From contig CBDBDW010000002.1 of NCBI GenBank assembly GCA_965204045.1, positions 3,139,730 to 3,203,729 of the forward strand: a stretch of 64,000 nt of DNA, read 5' to 3'. The translations under genes and the position numbers were made by a program. Of this stretch, positions 1 to 9,381 are shown piece by piece. How positions within the stretch are numbered: position 1 is the stretch's first letter; every line of letters begins with the position of its first letter. Under the pieces are notes generated by a model. The model had not been told where the DNA came from, searched no databases, and saw only the letters and a program-made list of their open reading frames with translations. This DNA comes from Gammaproteobacteria bacterium. Its GTDB lineage: Bacteria; Pseudomonadota; Gammaproteobacteria; Eutrophobiales; Eutrophobiaceae.

Positions 1-1151
1 CGTACTTCAAAGCTGCCGTTGCCCAGCGAAATAACTACCCGCGTCATGTCGGCGCCGTGTATCAACGCCTCGTTAGGGATGGTCAAAATCTCTCTGGCCG
101 GCTCACCGTGTATTTCCACGTGGGCATACATATTCGGCATCAGGAGGCGTTCCGTATTATCAAACCGCAGCCGCGCGCGCAGAGTTCTCGTCACAGGGTC
201 CAGGTCAGGATAAATATATTCGACTTCTCCCGACCAGGTGCGCTCCGGTAACGCCGGCAGACGCGCTTCTGCCGCCTGCCCTTTTTTTACCCAGCCTGCC
301 TGTCTTTCAAATACCTCGGCCAGGAGCCATACCTGGTCCAGGTTGGCCAGGCTCATCACCTCCGTATCCGGTTTCACGTACATCCCTTCCCTTACGTTCA
401 ATCGGGACAAAATACCGCTCTGAGGCGCGTGAAACCTGACGTATTGCGCCACCTTGCGGTTTTGTTCCAGTTGCTTCACCTGTGCAGGCGATACCCCGAG
501 CGCGAGCAGGCGCTCACCGGATGCCTGGGACAGCAACCTGTTGCCGCTTGCCAGCGCCTGCAACGCCGACGGCGTGGCCCGCGCCCTGGGATTTGTCTGG
601 GACAGTAACCTGTTGCCGCTTGCCAGCGCCTGCAGGTATTCTTCCTGCGCATTGACCAGGATCGGCGAATATAACTCAAACAGGAGTTGTCCCTCACCCA
701 CCTGTTCGCCTTCTGCGCGCACTGCCAGGCGCTCTATCCAGCCTTCGGTTCGGGTGTGAATATGGCTGATGCGGGTCTCGTCATAATCGAGGTATCCGAC
801 GGTGCTGATTTTCCGGAACAGAGTCTCGCGCCTCACCGGTGCGGTTCGCACACCCAGGTTGTTTACGACTTCCGGCAGAATTTTTACCAGGGAACCGGTA
901 GCGCTCCCGTTATCGGCATAGACCGGAATCAAATCCATCCCCATGGGAGATTTGCCCGGTTTGTCGCGTCGATAACCCGGGTCCATAGGCGCTACCCAGT
1001 ACAAGGGTTCGTCCGCGACTGCCGCTGGACTGCTGCGGGTGGCAGGGGTTTCGCTATCGGGAAGGAGCGGGCCGTCAATTACCCGGTCTATGGTTATTCC
1101 GACACCCGTTCCGATCAACAGTGCGCAGGCAAGCAGCAAACCCTGTTTCAT
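1..1151 (-). CDS. cusB: Cu(I)/Ag(I)-type efflux RND periplasmic adaptor (membrane fusion protein, CusB-like); 3' end runs off the window; start ATG at 1151 overlaps upstream gene stop (ATGA)
   Basis: Own minus-strand translation from 1151: MKQGLLLACALLIG signal, LYWVAPMDPGYRRDKPGKSPMGMDLIPV (CusB/SilB N-terminal metal-binding motif), DYDETRISHIHTRTEGWIERL adaptor motif; absent from ORF track because edge-truncated. Confidence 0.7.
   Translation of the reverse strand, partial: MKQGLLLACALLIGTGVGITIDRVIDGPLLPDSETPATRSSPAAVADEPLYWVAPMDPGYRRDKPGKSPMGMDLIPVYADNGSATGSLVKILPEVVNNLGVRTAPVRRETLFRKISTVGYLDYDETRISHIHTRTEGWIERLAVRAEGEQVGEGQLLFELYSPILVNAQEEYLQALASGNRLLSQTNPRARATPSALQALASGNRLLSQASGERLLALGVSPAQVKQLEQNRKVAQYVRFHAPQSGILSRLNVREGMYVKPDTEVMSLANLDQVWLLAEVFERQAGWVKKGQAAEARLPALPERTWSGEVEYIYPDLDPVTRTLRARLRFDNTERLLMPNMYAHVEIHGEPAREILTIPNEALIHGADMTRVVISLGNGSFEV
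524..631. repeat. In-frame tandem duplication inside the cusB-like gene: 36-bp unit repeated with 72-bp period (35/36 identity), encoding ALQALASGNRLLSQ twice 24 aa apart
   Basis: gggacagcaacctgttgccgcttgccagcgcctgca (524-559) vs gggacagtaacctgttgccgcttgccagcgcctgca (596-631). Confidence 0.6.
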
Positions 1152-2443
1152 TGCTCATCTCCGACAAAATATAATAAATCCGACTGCACTTTAGCCCGTT
1201 CTACGGACAGCCGGATCATCGCAAGGCGTGTATCCAACTCGAGCAACCGGGCCCGCATCAAGGTGGTGAAGTCCGCCACGTCATTCCGGTAGGCCTTCAG
1301 GGTCGTGTCCGCATTTTGTTGCGCTTCGATAATCGTATGAGATTCATAGAGTTCATAACGCTCTCCCAGTTGCCTCCACGAGGCATGGATATGTCCTGCC
1401 TGGCGGGCAAGTTCCCGCAGTTGATCGGTGCGCGCGAATTTAGCAGCCAGGTGCCGTTGGCGGCCGGCCAGGACACGTTTGTCCTGGCGTTGGCCGGTAA
1501 ACAACGGGATATCCATGAGCACCATGGCGGAGAGAAAATCCTCCCGACCGCCTCCCTGCAAATCACTACCTGTCCGTTCCGAGTAAGTAACATCGATGGA
1601 CCAGCCCGGCTTGTACTGTTCTTCCGCGATGGATACCTGGTAGCGGCTGGCGTCAATCCTATGGTCATGGGCAAGGATCAGCGGATGCCGGGACAGGTCC
1701 GTGATGATCCCGCCGAGTGGGGGAATAGCAGGCAGTACAGGTTGCTCATCGGGCAGCGGCAGGACCGCGTACTGCGCGCCGATCCATTTCGACAGTTGCG
1801 CAACAGCCGCTTCCTTTAACCCGGCAATTTCAGCGCGCCTGTCCTGTAATAACGATAACTCCAGTTGCGCAAGAAGTACGTCGTGCTGATTATCACGGCC
1901 TACCGCGTATTGACGTTGCGTAACATCAAACAAGCGTGAAAACAAACGCTCGTGTTCAGCGAGTATCTTCTCGTTTTGCAGTTGAAAATAAAGCTCCAGG
2001 TAGGCTTTTCGTACTGAGCGTAACACACTGAGTCTGCGCTCGGCAGCAAGCGCGGTTTCAACTCCTGCCATGGCAGATGTCCTGCTCCTGCTGTAACGCA
2101 GGGTGTGGCCGCGCGGGAAGGTCTGCTGCACGCCGAACTGGAGTTGAGTCATGGGTTCCTGGCCGCGCGCGAACGAATCGACCGGAAAGTTGACGGCCCC
2201 CAGTTTGAACCTGGGGTCGGATAACTGCCCGTCTGCTACGGACTGGTGGCGCAGGGCCTGTGCCCTTGCACTGATACTTTGTCCCAGGGCATCCCTGTCC
2301 CCGGCAAGCCGCTCAGCCTGCGCAAGGGCAAGTACGGCTTCGTCTGCATTGGCCCGGGTTAAGCCGGCGCCGTTCAGGACGACCCATGTCGTGATACAAC
2401 ATAATAGTGTTTTGAGGCGCGTCGGCCGAATAAAATAAAGCAT
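1148..2443 (-). CDS. TolC-family outer membrane efflux protein (CusC/CzcC-like), with signal peptide
   Basis: 431-aa ORF with hydrophobic N-terminus, coiled Ala/Leu/Gln/Arg-rich helices and beta segments typical of OMF family; 4-bp overlap with downstream adaptor gene. Confidence 0.8.
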   Translation of the reverse strand: MLYFIRPTRLKTLLCCITTWVVLNGAGLTRANADEAVLALAQAERLAGDRDALGQSISARAQALRHQSVADGQLSDPRFKLGAVNFPVDSFARGQEPMTQLQFGVQQTFPRGHTLRYSRSRTSAMAGVETALAAERRLSVLRSVRKAYLELYFQLQNEKILAEHERLFSRLFDVTQRQYAVGRDNQHDVLLAQLELSLLQDRRAEIAGLKEAAVAQLSKWIGAQYAVLPLPDEQPVLPAIPPLGGIITDLSRHPLILAHDHRIDASRYQVSIAEEQYKPGWSIDVTYSERTGSDLQGGGREDFLSAMVLMDIPLFTGQRQDKRVLAGRQRHLAAKFARTDQLRELARQAGHIHASWRQLGERYELYESHTIIEAQQNADTTLKAYRNDVADFTTLMRARLLELDTRLAMIRLSVERAKVQSDLLYFVGDEQ

Positions 2444-2499
2444 GGTTGTCTCCCGTAATGAAGTCCACGAATAAAAATCGAGAGTTCAATACGGGCGGA

Positions 2500-2907
2500 C
2501 TACTTTATCTGTACTCGGTAACTGCCGATGGGAGATAATCCCGGATAACCGGGAGAGAGTGCTTTAACCGGATATGGATCCGGCTCCTCTGCCCTGCGCG
2601 TCCAGCCAAAGCCATGGACCAGCGCCACAGGGTTGAAATTGAACACTTCCTTATGCGCGCCGGGCTTGATGCCGGCAGCAACGCCATCGCATTCACAGGC
2701 GTCGCCGTAGGATTGCAGGGCGCCGCCGGTACTGTAGCCGGCAGGTTCATGCTCAGTCTTATCGCTGCAGTGACCGCTTTCTGACGTCTGCGCAGGCTGG
2801 TGATTAAGGCCGGGGTGCGCCAGGCAGGCCTGGCATACCACACTCAACCAGCCTCCCAACAGGAGCACGACTACTGCGAGACTTATCTGGCGTCGATGAA
2901 AAGCCAT
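2500..2907 (-). CDS. Small exported Cys/His-rich hypothetical protein immediately upstream of the efflux operon (candidate periplasmic metal-binding protein)
   Basis: 135-aa ORF, N-terminal signal-like LAVVVLLLGGWLSVV, motifs CQAC, HC, CECD, several His. Confidence 0.45.
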   Translation of the reverse strand: MAFHRRQISLAVVVLLLGGWLSVVCQACLAHPGLNHQPAQTSESGHCSDKTEHEPAGYSTGGALQSYGDACECDGVAAGIKPGAHKEVFNFNPVALVHGFGWTRRAEEPDPYPVKALSPGYPGLSPIGSYRVQIK

Positions 2908-2972
2908 AATGGAGAAGTATTGTGCATAAACGTGAATTTGTCAAAACCCCATCAGGTGATGCTATCGATTTC

Positions 2973-4238
2973 TCAGTCTGTCGCTCTCTGGAAGACGACC
3001 CTGCCGTTCTGTATCACCAGCCACGGTTTTACCATCGCTTCAAGGCTCTCCAACGGGTCTGAATCAAGCAATATCACGTCTCCCCATTTACCGGCTTCGA
3101 TACTCCCGGCATCAGCCTCCAGTCCCATCGTCTCTGCGCCTATCAAGGTGGCCCCCTGTATGATTTCCATGTGCGTCAGACCTCCCAGCGTGAACCCCTC
3201 CAGCTCCTGGAGATACACCTTGTCTATGGTCGGCAAATCCTTTGCGTTGGAATCCGTGCCGATCGCAAATTTTACCCCAAGCTCATGCATTCTCCTGAAC
3301 CGTTCGACCATGCCTTCATAGGTATGGCCCAGGTACTTCTCCAGGTAGGCAGCATCATACGTGTACTGACCCGCCAGTTCACGCAGGTGATAGCCGATGG
3401 TCGGGACCAGGTTGATATTATTTTTCACCATGTCCCGGTACACGTCATCATCACCGAACGGATAAAGGTGCTCCATACTGTCGACACCGGCGTCAACGGC
3501 TATCCGGCCTGAGGTATGATACGGGTCCTGGGCGCCGCCCAGGTGCGCGGTAAGGCGCAGCTTCCATAAATGTGCTTCCTCAACCGCGGCGCTGAGTTCC
3601 TCCAGTGTATACGGGGTCGTCGTCTTGATCAGGTCTGCTCCCAGTTTCGCCGCCTCGCGCACCCGTTTGCGGAATTCCCACGGCCCGTCGGCTTCCACAG
3701 CCCATATCGGCGGTATCAGCGGTTGAAATTCCGTAGCATGTCCGCCGGTTGTGGTAATCAAGGGTCCGGACACATATATCCTGGCGCCACCGATTAGCCC
3801 GTCCCGCTGCGCCCGCTTTAGCGAGTAACCGACATGGTAGCGGGACGCCACGTCCCGTATCACCGTTACACCTATTTCCTGGTAGCGTTCCAGGAAACGT
3901 TCGGAACGGAAGGCATTGATCACGTCGTCTTCCAGGTCCCGGGCGCCCGCCAGTTTGAAGGTAATGTGCGCATGCAGGTCGAACAGGCCCGGCAGCACCC
4001 ATTTTCCCTCGGCATTGATTTCCCGTGCATCCTGCGGCAGCGAGTCAGGTTTGCCCAGGGAGACTATGCTGCCTTCATTGATGAAAATGCCGGGGTTGGG
4101 TCTCGGTTCGGCCCCGGTGCCGTCAATCAAGGTACCTCCGGTTATCCAATAAGGTGCTGCAACCGCGTTACAACAAAACAGCAGTAATGCCGTAATTCCG
4201 GGCGTCCAGTGCAATTTTTGGAAAAATCGTAATGTCAT
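2973..4238 (-). CDS. Metal-dependent amidohydrolase family protein (secreted); start chosen at internal Met MTLRFF to avoid overlap with upstream gene
   Basis: PGLFDLHAHITF motif, signal peptide ALLLFCCNAVAAP; amidohydrolase fold. Confidence 0.8.
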   Translation of the reverse strand: MTLRFFQKLHWTPGITALLLFCCNAVAAPYWITGGTLIDGTGAEPRPNPGIFINEGSIVSLGKPDSLPQDAREINAEGKWVLPGLFDLHAHITFKLAGARDLEDDVINAFRSERFLERYQEIGVTVIRDVASRYHVGYSLKRAQRDGLIGGARIYVSGPLITTTGGHATEFQPLIPPIWAVEADGPWEFRKRVREAAKLGADLIKTTTPYTLEELSAAVEEAHLWKLRLTAHLGGAQDPYHTSGRIAVDAGVDSMEHLYPFGDDDVYRDMVKNNINLVPTIGYHLRELAGQYTYDAAYLEKYLGHTYEGMVERFRRMHELGVKFAIGTDSNAKDLPTIDKVYLQELEGFTLGGLTHMEIIQGATLIGAETMGLEADAGSIEAGKWGDVILLDSDPLESLEAMVKPWLVIQNGRVVFQRATD

Positions 4239-4269
4239 AATCTGAACTTCCTCTCTTCTAAAAAACCAA

Positions 4270-5952
4270 TCAGAATGAGCCGTACACCACTTTGCCCGCC
4301 AGCACCGTTGCCTCAACTTCTATATCCTTGATGGTTTCAGCCGGCACGGTGAGGATATCGTCCGACAGCACCACAAAGTCCGCATACTTGCCTGGCTCGA
4401 CAGAGCCTTTTACGTCTTCCTCAAAACTGACGTAGGCCGAATCGAGGGTGATGCCGCGGATAGCCTCTTCCCGGGTCAGTCCCTGGTCCGGGCCGAGCTT
4501 GCCGCCCCACCCTGTTCCCCTGGTGACGGCAACGTATATCTGCATTATGGGTTTTGAACGGGAGGACACCGGCTTGTCCGCGCCAAGTGACAGTTTTATG
4601 CCGTTGTCCAGCCAGTCCCTGAGCCGGTAGGACTTGTGGGCCAGTTCCTCACCCCAGTGCTCTATGAACTTGTCGCCGATAATATAGAGATGCCTGGGTT
4701 GGGGGAGCACGAGCAGGCCAAGCTTTTTTACCCGATCGTAATGGTCAGGTTGCAACAGGATGCCATGGTCCACAATCCAGCGCTTGTCGGTAATATCGAT
4801 CCGGCTGTTCACATACTCATAGGCATCCAGCAGCTGGTCTATGGAGGCGCCGCCGACGGCATGGGGGCCAGGGCGCCAGCCGTGCCGCGCGGCTGCCAGT
4901 ACAAACCGGTTCAGTTGGTCCTGTTCAATAAGCCGCAGTCCGTAGTAACCGGGCCGGCCCTGGTATTCCGTGCGAAGCTGGGCTGATTCTTCGGCGCCGT
5001 CCAGCATCATTTCCGCCAGGCCGTCAGTCCTGAACATGCCGTCCCCCCATTTTTCTTCCGGGTCGCCCAGGGATTCGAACAAGGCATCCATCTCAGCCTC
5101 CGGGGTATTGGGGTCGACGTCATAGCACCAGTCGATCCTGATGGTCAGATCGCCGTCTTCATACAGTTCGCGCAGCATTTCGACAAGCTCCTTGCTGCCG
5201 CCGGGTTCCCTCAGGCTCGTCATCCCCCAACTGTTTACCCGCCTGATCGCCTGCCGGATGCCGTCCTTCTGCACTTCTCTGCTCGGCGTCTCGAAATGAG
5301 CCAGAAACGGGTACATGGCATTGCGTACAAGAAAGCCGGTCGGTTCTCCCTCGTCATCCTTCCATATCTCCCCACCAGGCGGATTTTCGCTGTCCCTGTC
5401 GTAGCCTACCCGTTCCAGAGCCATACTGTTGGCAATAACGTAATGGCCGCCTTTCAAGGTCACCGGGTTGTCGGGTGAGACCTCGTCGAGATCATGCCGG
5501 TTCGGCAGGCGCCCATCCTCCAGCATGAACTGCCACCAGCCGCCTTCGCTGAAAATCCATTCACCTTTTTCCGTGACCGCGACGCGTTCTGCGACCGCCT
5601 GTTTGATGTCGTCGATCGAAGTTACTTCGGTCAGGTCTATCATCGTCGGCAGGTTGATCCCCATGGTGGTCATATGGCTGTGGGTATCGTTGAACCCGGG
5701 AAGGACCGTCCTGCCGCCGAGGTCCACGATTGCCGTGTCCGGACCGGCACTCTCAAGGACCGAGCTTTCAGTCCCTACCAGCAGGAACTTCCCGTCCTTG
5801 ATTGCAGCGGCTTTAACGATGGAGAAGTCCCCGTCAACGGTAACGATCTTCGCGTTGTGGATAACCAGGTCTGCATCCTGTTGGGCACATCCGCTACAGA
5901 TAAAGGCGAAGAGGACTAAAACCAGTAGAGGAATCTTGTAAATATGTTTCAT
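4270..5952 (-). CDS. Amidohydrolase-3 family lipoprotein
   Basis: 560 aa; lipobox LFAFICSGC; LPGFNDTHSHM metal-binding motif. Confidence 0.8.
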   Translation of the reverse strand: MKHIYKIPLLVLVLFAFICSGCAQQDADLVIHNAKIVTVDGDFSIVKAAAIKDGKFLLVGTESSVLESAGPDTAIVDLGGRTVLPGFNDTHSHMTTMGINLPTMIDLTEVTSIDDIKQAVAERVAVTEKGEWIFSEGGWWQFMLEDGRLPNRHDLDEVSPDNPVTLKGGHYVIANSMALERVGYDRDSENPPGGEIWKDDEGEPTGFLVRNAMYPFLAHFETPSREVQKDGIRQAIRRVNSWGMTSLREPGGSKELVEMLRELYEDGDLTIRIDWCYDVDPNTPEAEMDALFESLGDPEEKWGDGMFRTDGLAEMMLDGAEESAQLRTEYQGRPGYYGLRLIEQDQLNRFVLAAARHGWRPGPHAVGGASIDQLLDAYEYVNSRIDITDKRWIVDHGILLQPDHYDRVKKLGLLVLPQPRHLYIIGDKFIEHWGEELAHKSYRLRDWLDNGIKLSLGADKPVSSRSKPIMQIYVAVTRGTGWGGKLGPDQGLTREEAIRGITLDSAYVSFEEDVKGSVEPGKYADFVVLSDDILTVPAETIKDIEVEATVLAGKVVYGSF

Positions 5953-6017
5953 AATGTTCTCCTGACGATAAGTTACGTCTGAAAATCGTTCCTTCTGTAA
6001 CCGTAAGACCGTATCTG

Positions 6018-7334
6018 TTATGTGTACCGGTGATGACCGGTAAATTTATGCATCAGCCGGGCTCTAAGCCTGGCGCTATTGATAAGTATAGCGGGTAAGT
6101 AAGACATCAAATCGTGATAACGAACAGGATCCGGCTTTTCAACCGATAAATTCAGGTTTTCAGTGTGTCCCTGTTTGATAAAACCTGCAACTTCACGCCC
6201 AAGTATCGTGTTTACCGCCAGGCCCCTGCCGTTACAGGCCTGAATTGCAAACAGTCCATCAGAGAGCTTAACGAACCTGGGCAGGACGGAACGGCCTATC
6301 CATGGCGTGCCCTGCCACAGATAGCGGATGCGGGCCGGACCAAGCAGGGGGGAAAAATACCTCAGCCGCTGTTCGACGTAACGGATGATGCGATCCCTGG
6401 CGTTATTGAAAATGAATGCCGGGCAGGCGGTAATCAACCGACCATCCCGGTCATAACGCATCGAGTAGATATTCGGGTTGACATCGGTCATCGCATGGTT
6501 TTCAGGCAAAATGACTTCCCTTGTTTCAGCGTCCAGCGGGTCGGTTGCCACCTGGAACACCTTGAAAGGCATGACTGTTCGGGCGAGGCCGCGGTTCAGG
6601 CTGCGGTTGCCGCCACCCGCACACATCACAACTTTTTTTGCATTAATGCGGAAGGTATCCGATTCAAGACACCACCCGCCACCCTCTTCATGCATCCTGA
6701 CTACCGGGCTGTCAATAAAAATCCGGGCGCCCTGCCCCGCCGCGGCGCGTGCCAGTTCCCGTACAAAGGCAAGTGGGTTGATTGCGCCACCTGACGGATC
6801 CAGCAACGCCCCCTGGTAGGCGTCCAGTCCGGTGAGACGGCAGATTGTATCCTTGTCGACGGTTTGAATGCCGTAGCCTAACGAACGCCATTCCGCAGCC
6901 GTCTTTTCGACCCGTTCGACCTCCTGTGCGGTCCTTGCAGGAGCCAGGAAGCCCGTTTGTTGAGGCGCACAATCAAGACCCAGCTTTTGCACCAGGGAGA
7001 ATACATATTTCCCGGACTCGCCAATCAGGTTCACAAGCCGTCTGCCTTTGTTGTCGCCGTATCTTTCCAGGAGCTGATATGGGCTGTGGCGTACGGGCAG
7101 GGATGCTATGATGCCGGCACTTTTACCCGCGGCATCGCTGCCCGGTGTTACCGCTTCAAGCACAACCGGGGCCTCTCCTGCTTCAGTCAAATGGTAGGCC
7201 AGCGAAACTCCGGCGACACCACCGCCTACGATCGCGATTTCCGCATCGTGAATTCCCGTTAATTTTGCAAGGCCTGCCGCAGCCGGTGTGACGCTGCTCC
7301 AGAGCGTATTCTCTTCGACCTCAACCGCGCACAT
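6018..7334 (-). CDS. FAD-dependent oxidoreductase (DAO/glycine-oxidase-like)
   Basis: N-terminal dinucleotide-binding motif IAIVGGGVAGVSLAYHL. Confidence 0.75.
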   Translation of the reverse strand: MCAVEVEENTLWSSVTPAAAGLAKLTGIHDAEIAIVGGGVAGVSLAYHLTEAGEAPVVLEAVTPGSDAAGKSAGIIASLPVRHSPYQLLERYGDNKGRRLVNLIGESGKYVFSLVQKLGLDCAPQQTGFLAPARTAQEVERVEKTAAEWRSLGYGIQTVDKDTICRLTGLDAYQGALLDPSGGAINPLAFVRELARAAAGQGARIFIDSPVVRMHEEGGGWCLESDTFRINAKKVVMCAGGGNRSLNRGLARTVMPFKVFQVATDPLDAETREVILPENHAMTDVNPNIYSMRYDRDGRLITACPAFIFNNARDRIIRYVEQRLRYFSPLLGPARIRYLWQGTPWIGRSVLPRFVKLSDGLFAIQACNGRGLAVNTILGREVAGFIKQGHTENLNLSVEKPDPVRYHDLMSYLPAILINSARLRARLMHKFTGHHRYT

Positions 7335-7346
7335 GACTGGTTATGC

Positions 7347-7874
7347 TCAATCTACGGGCTCTATGGACAACCTGCATGCTCCGTTTTTACGGATTGCTCC
7401 GATACAGGATTGCGCGTGGGCAAGGTCCTCCGGAATAATCTCGGCACAGATATTGGCCATCAACCAGCCGAAAGGAAAGAACAGGCGCCCGCCATCGCCG
7501 TAGAAAATTCCCACGTCAAAAAACGGGCCTGGCGGCAGTCCTTTTATGCTCCCCGATTTGACATAAGCCAGGGCAATTTCCCCAGCCTGGGGGTAGGAAC
7601 TGGCATTTTCCAATGGCATGTCTGTCTGCGCCAGTTCCCCAGGCAATACCGAAGCGGGCAATGGACAGGAAAGTTCCGGGCCTGTCCACATGGCGTGGAT
7701 AGCATCGTATGAGGGCCGGGCCTGTGCCAGTTGCCATAAAAACTCGGCTGATTGCGGCGCCTTGTCATCGAGGAGAACACACCTGGCCGACAGCCCGGAG
7801 CGCGGTTCGGTAAACCTGACGTACCGGTTCACAAAATCAATGGGATCAGACTCGATTGATTTTGCTGCGGTCAT
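7347..7874 (-). CDS. Hypothetical protein (175 aa), function unknown
   Basis: ORF in operon context between oxidoreductase and amidohydrolase genes; no motif recognised. Confidence 0.5.
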   Translation of the reverse strand: MTAAKSIESDPIDFVNRYVRFTEPRSGLSARCVLLDDKAPQSAEFLWQLAQARPSYDAIHAMWTGPELSCPLPASVLPGELAQTDMPLENASSYPQAGEIALAYVKSGSIKGLPPGPFFDVGIFYGDGGRLFFPFGWLMANICAEIIPEDLAHAQSCIGAIRKNGACRLSIEPVD

Positions 7875-7923
7875 GAAAAAATTAATGAGGCACGAAAATC
7901 AATCGAGTCTGACCCCATTGATT

Positions 7924-9291
7924 TTACTTGGTGAAATCGCGTATCACCCTGCCGTCAGCAACGACCAGTTTTACGTCCTGAAGGTTCTGTATGTCCTCCA
8001 GGGGGTTGCTGCCGACTACCAGTATGTCCGCCAGCTTGCCCGGCTCCAGGGTGCCCAGTTTGTCCTCCATTCTCAATATCTCTGCGCCGACCCGGGTCGC
8101 TGAGGCAAAAACGTCCGCATCCGTAAGGCCTGCGTCTTTCAACAGGCCCAGCTCTACATAATAATCCCGGGGATAGCGTACGTCGTTTTCAAACGGGATA
8201 TCCGAACCGACGCCGATACGGATTCCAGCCTCGTGGGCGAGTCTGACCATCTCAAGATGTTGTGCATGAACGACGGGATAACGGCGAGCGAAAGTGAAGA
8301 AAAAACCACCGGAGGGTATTCCCGCCGAGGGATAGCCCGTTTTCTCCACATTGTAGAAAGCAGTCAGAGTCGGGACAAGGTCCGTCCCGTTACGCGCCAT
8401 AGTTGCTATTATCTGTTCGTTCAAATTCAAAGGATGCTCGATAGAATCGACACCTGCTTCGGACGCCCACTCGGTATATTTACCGAATGAGTCAACAGTA
8501 ACAGGGATACCCTGCATGTGGGCTTCGTCCACTGCGGCATCGACCTCCTCCCGGGTATAGGGCGAGGTCAGCTTGATCCAGTCCGCTTGTTTGCGGATCT
8601 GTTCCCGTACCGCCAGTCTCCAGTCCCAGGGCCCGGTCGCGACACGCACCCGGCTGCCAGTCGCCGTGCTTTTCGGCTTGCCCGTAGCGGTTGACGTAAT
8701 CTCATCCGCATGCCCGCCTCTTGCAGCAATCATATTACCGCTCCATAACACGCGCGGCCCATCGACCATGCGCCGTTCAACGGCCTCCTTGATCCGTAAT
8801 GCGACGTCATTGGACGTACCCACGTCCCGGACCGTGGTAACTCCGGCGTCAGCCAATTGACCCAGCAACAAGACCCCGCGAATGGCCGAGGCCGCATCCG
8901 AGGTGCGGTAGCGGGTAAAATCCATACCGCGTTGCTGGGTGAAGTGAACATGCAGGTCAATCAATCCCGGCACGATATATAAGCCTGACGTGTCGATAAC
9001 CTGCCCCTCTTCCGTCGAAACCTCGGCCCCGGCCGCACTGCCGGCATAAAATATCCGGTCACCGCGCAGCGTCACCAATGCGTCGGTTATGGGGGCAGCA
9101 CCGGTACCGTTAAGCAAGGTCCCCCCCTGTAATACGAGCAACGGATCTGCGGAGTAATCATGGGGTGGGACAGGCACCCGCCTGGTGTCGTCCGTGGTAG
9201 TGAAAGTGGTGGTTTCTGCCGCACTGATACCTGGTGCGCTGAATAACAGAAAGCAAGTGATGACTGAAAAAATATTTCTCATGTTGACCAT
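7924..9291 (-). CDS. Secreted amidohydrolase family protein; start placed at MVNMRNIFSV signal peptide
   Basis: PGLIDLHVHF motif, signal peptide FLLFSAPGISAAE. Confidence 0.8.
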   Translation of the reverse strand: MVNMRNIFSVITCFLLFSAPGISAAETTTFTTTDDTRRVPVPPHDYSADPLLVLQGGTLLNGTGAAPITDALVTLRGDRIFYAGSAAGAEVSTEEGQVIDTSGLYIVPGLIDLHVHFTQQRGMDFTRYRTSDAASAIRGVLLLGQLADAGVTTVRDVGTSNDVALRIKEAVERRMVDGPRVLWSGNMIAARGGHADEITSTATGKPKSTATGSRVRVATGPWDWRLAVREQIRKQADWIKLTSPYTREEVDAAVDEAHMQGIPVTVDSFGKYTEWASEAGVDSIEHPLNLNEQIIATMARNGTDLVPTLTAFYNVEKTGYPSAGIPSGGFFFTFARRYPVVHAQHLEMVRLAHEAGIRIGVGSDIPFENDVRYPRDYYVELGLLKDAGLTDADVFASATRVGAEILRMEDKLGTLEPGKLADILVVGSNPLEDIQNLQDVKLVVADGRVIRDFTK

Positions 9292-9381
9292 TTGATTGTG
9301 TCTCCTCGTCGTGCCTGCGCAAGCAGGAATGGAGCAGGAGCCGCGCACCCTGCCTGAACAGGATGCGCGACTCTGAGTTGC

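Noticed and set aside
687-1292. Plus-strand 201-aa ORF and neighbours at 454-759
   Set aside because: They overlap the minus-strand CusB-like gene, whose translation has clear family motifs and a signal peptide.
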